NCBI GenBank assembly: GCA_900088475.1
Contig: FLMG01003251.1
Coordinates: forward strand, 1-64,000
Length of the DNA stretch: 64,000 nucleotides
Direction of reading: 5' to 3'
Source of the DNA: Hyphochytrium catenoides
Lineage: Eukaryota > Protista > Hyphochytriomycota
In this document: positions 60,609-64,000 of the stretch, one piece after another
How positions within the stretch are numbered: the stretch's first letter is position 1
Layout: each line of letters starts with the position of its first letter
Program-made: the position numbers and the translations under genes
Notes under the pieces: generated by a model
Databases searched by the model: none
Seen by the model: only the letters and a program-made list of their open reading frames with translations
What the model was told of the DNA's origin: nothing

Positions 60609-61389
60609 CTCCCTCTCAAAGCACCACGTTTCAATAGAGCCACTGACTGTCAGATCACACTTCTTGCGCAAGTTTGTGGGCAGTTCCAACACCCGAGCCC
60701 CTTGGGGAGCCCGACAACAGTGTTGAGACTTCTTACGTCCTTGAAGACTACTCGGTGGTGCAGGAATCGTAGACGGGAAGGTCTTTGAAGAGCCCACAAC
60801 CTCCTCAAGCCCGTACGGGCTGACTCCAAACTAGTATGCAGGCTCTTAACAGCGCTCCCATGAAATATTCGTAGCAGTTGGAGCGCTGTACTTCTGAAGC
60901 TCCAATAGAACTAGCTAGATGTACCCGCAGTTGGCAGTGGACGGTACATGTAGATGTCTCTGCCTCTGCTGATGGCGCTCTAGATAACGACCGTGGATTT
61001 TGAATACCCGATAAGGTGCTTTATCGGGAACGGCTACTATGGTCCTATAAACATTAGACTACTTTTAAAGTTCTACCCATCTCAGTAATCAGTTCCTGAG
61101 GATTATTTTCATAGTCCTCTTCTGATCTGATCTTTGGCGCAGCGGTCAACGCTACAGCAGCGCAATTTTCTTCAACTGTGATGATGTTGACTGAAGACTG
61201 TGTAGATCTATTGCCGCAATGGGGCACTGGGCACACACTCTGGCTGCCACGTACTGATACGAGGAGATCTGACGCTCGAATTAGAGTGACATCGAGCACC
61301 AGTCGAGGCTAAACGAGCCTTGCCTATGAAGCCTAGGTTTACAGGCGGCCTTTTAACCAGCAGTGGCAGACAGGACTTCGCTTGAAAGG

Positions 61390-64000
61390 ATGGCCACGTT
61401 GCAGTTTCAGGTATGGCAAGGCCCATCAAAGCAGCACTCGCAAGAGGAAGATCCTTATCCAGTTTCCTTTCCTATTCTACTAGACGTTCAGCAGCCAAGT
61501 AGACGTCTCTTTCTGGCAGGAACTGTCCAAGAAGAAGCTGGATGAGTACAAGCTGGATGATAAGCCACAGGTGCGCCCAAATTGGCGATAATGCTCATCT
61601 TTCCGCTGATCTGAACCCATCCCAGAGCATTCAGGGTTTCTACACCCTGCCCCAGCACGATGATATGCCATCTCGGCTCAAGGTTGACGAGCGGTCCTTT
61701 ACTCCTGAGGAGAGAAATGAAATTTTAAAGTAAGATCCCCGTCTTGAAGTGCTGAGTTCCATCCCTCATTCCATCTGTTTGTCGACTCTCTCTATATAGT
61801 AGTGGCATTCCAGAGTTGCGGCTCGTGGGTGACCTGCAGAACTTTAACACTGTGGAGGTAAGACGTTGGTCAGTCCAAGCGCATAAATAGTTGCTCACTC
61901 ATAATCGACACAGGACTTCAAGAAGGCTGACAAAAAGGGCTTGATGGAAGCCGCTGCTGCGAAGGTAACTAAGGAACTTGTGATCCTATTGGTTAGGCGC
62001 AAGGCCATGATACGGCTTAATAAAACTAGATAAAGAAGGGATAAGTATAAGAGAGGGGACAGAATGTCAGAGAAGGAGAAGATGTGCGGCATATTATCTT
62101 AAAAGGGAGAATAGAAAGGATGGAGGGGAAAGAGGCACTTTTCAAATGTGAAGGTAGGGTACAGACGGGCAGCCGCAGGATGATCTTGGAGCAGGCAATG
62201 GCGCTAACCTCTTAATTTTTCAATGTTTAGATCTGGGACGCGATCGTGAGTGGTGAAGCCGAAGAAGACCCTACTCTCTTGAACTCCTTCCTGCTCATCA
62301 CCTTCTCAGATCTCAAGAAGCATCTCTTCCTGTATTGGTTCTGCTTTCCAGCTGTGGTCACTCCCTCTCGCTTTGTCTTGGAGAGCTCGCAGTCCATTGA
62401 GGAAGTCTTCGATCCCGTGGAGATGCGCAGCTTTGAAGACGGTCTTATAACGTTGGTCAGAGAGGAGTCACCAAGATCTGTCCCCGTCTGCTTCCTAGTC
62501 TTTCCTCCCCGTAATGAGTTGGGAGAAGAACCAGCTCGGGCACTTGAAGTCAAGCCACTTCGCGCCTGGACCGACCTGGATGAGGCCACGAGGTCACGAG
62601 TTTATTTTGGGATCTTTGATCCTTGTTCGCTCCCAGGAAACCCTGGCTGGGTAGTTCGTAATTATCTTCTCTACCTCTTAGTACGGTATAAGATTCCCAG
62701 CGCCAAGATCCTTTGTTACAGAGACCGCCTCCCCACGGGTAACACATGGGCTTATCCTCAACGTGGCAGGCGACGGTCTGTTATTCTCTCTACAAACTAT
62801 ACCGGTGAAGCATTCTTGCCTGCGGAACGGGTGCAGACGGCTGTAGGATGGGAGCCCAATGTTCGAGGAAAGTTAGGGCCCCGACAAATGAACTTAAGTC
62901 CCCTGATGGACCCCACGAAACTTGCGGAGACCTCAGTTGACCTTAATTTGAAGCTGATGCGGTGGCGACAAATGCCAAATTTGGACACAGAGCTTCTTTA
63001 TGGCACGAAGTGTCTCCTACTCGGTGCGGGCACTTTGGGCTGTAATGTAGGTCGATACTTGCTCGCCTGGGGGATCAGACACATTACGTTCGTAGATAGC
63101 GGCAAGGTTTCCTTTTCTAACCCTGCGCGGCAAAGTCTTTTTGAGTTTGCTGACTGTTTGGACGGGGGAAAGCCAAAGGCGCTTGCAGCGGCAGAAGCTC
63201 TACGAAGGATCTTTCCTGGGGTTCAATCACGAGGGGTCCAGCTGTCCATACCGATGCCTGGCCACCCTATCACAAGTTCAGAGGTGGATGGGTTTAGAAG
63301 GGATCTGGCTACATTGCAGGAACTAGTTGATGAGCACGACATCGTGTTTTTGGGCACAGACTCTCGGGAATCTCGTTGGCTTCCCTCTGTCATGGCAGCA
63401 TCGACAGGCAAGCTCCTGATCAACGTTGCCCTGGGCTTCGACACTTTCGTTGTAATGCGCCACGGGATCGAGCCCTCACAACCAACCTTTCAGGCGAATG
63501 ACGACCAGGCGAGTTCGAAGATGAAGAAGCTTGGCTGCTACTTTTGCAATGATGTGGTAGCGCCGGAGAACTCGCTTCGAGACCGAACGCTTGATCAGAT
63601 GTGTACGGTGACCCGGCCTGGCTTGGCACCTATGGCCTCCGCGATAGCCGTAGAGCTGGCAGTGTCTCTGCTTCACCACCCGCAAGGTATATGTGCGGCC
63701 GCGGACGGTTCAGTGCCGGTTATGGAAAGGACATCGGAGGCATTTGGACTCGTTCCACATCAAATCCGCGGCTTCTTAACTCACTTCTCCCAACTTTTAG
63801 TGACCGGCTTTGCCTTTGACAAGTGCACAGCGTGCAGTCCAAGAGTGCTGGAAAGCTATCAACAGGGACAGGATAGCTTCGTCCTCAAGGCATGCAATGA
63901 CTCCTCTTACCTGGAGCAGTTGACTGGCCTTGCCGAGCTTATGAAAGGCATTGAAGATCTTGAGGTGGATTATAGCTCGGCAGAGGAAGACTTTGAAGAG
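61390..64000 (+). CDS. ATG7: Autophagy E1-like enzyme ATG7 (multi-exon; runs off the window end)
   Basis: MATLQFQ|TFSSQVDVSFWQELSKKKLD; GWEPNVRGKLGP..LSPLMDP; VDLNLKLMRWR; LLLGAGTLGC; SNPARQSLF; LGCYFCND; DRTLDQMCTVTRPG; KCTACS. Confidence 0.97.

Overview
This is a eukaryotic nuclear scaffold (GT-AG introns, (GA/CT)n microsatellites, five N gaps) from a gene-dense, probably ciliated protist; stramenopile-like is my inference, not established. About 20 protein-coding genes can be reconstructed. In order they are: TEX47/DYBLUP-like BLUF protein, ADCK1-like kinase, cathepsin L-like protease, HD hydrolase, LARP6-like RNA-binding protein, dihydroorotase, VASt protein, PH-domain protein, alkaline ceramidase, cysteinyl-tRNA synthetase, CLPTM1, tandem-UBL protein, EAF6, METTL21-family methyltransferase, GCK/CHCH protein, CIP2A-like protein, Rieske oxygenase, Ras with an N-terminal extra domain, kinesin-14 and ATG7 (truncated by the window end). 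I found no rRNA, tRNA, CRISPR array or intact transposon, and no clustered novel pathway. The most interesting signals are unusual domain architectures (La+RRM+cold-shock+SUZ-C, KHA/DCX-like-Ras, WHEP-CysRS, a tail-anchored PAO-like Rieske oxygenase), near-perfect strand alternation of the genes, a structured ~90 bp repeat cluster, and a 6 kb gene-poor, repeat-bearing gap. Exon boundaries were deduced by eye and family calls rest on motif recall, not database searches.
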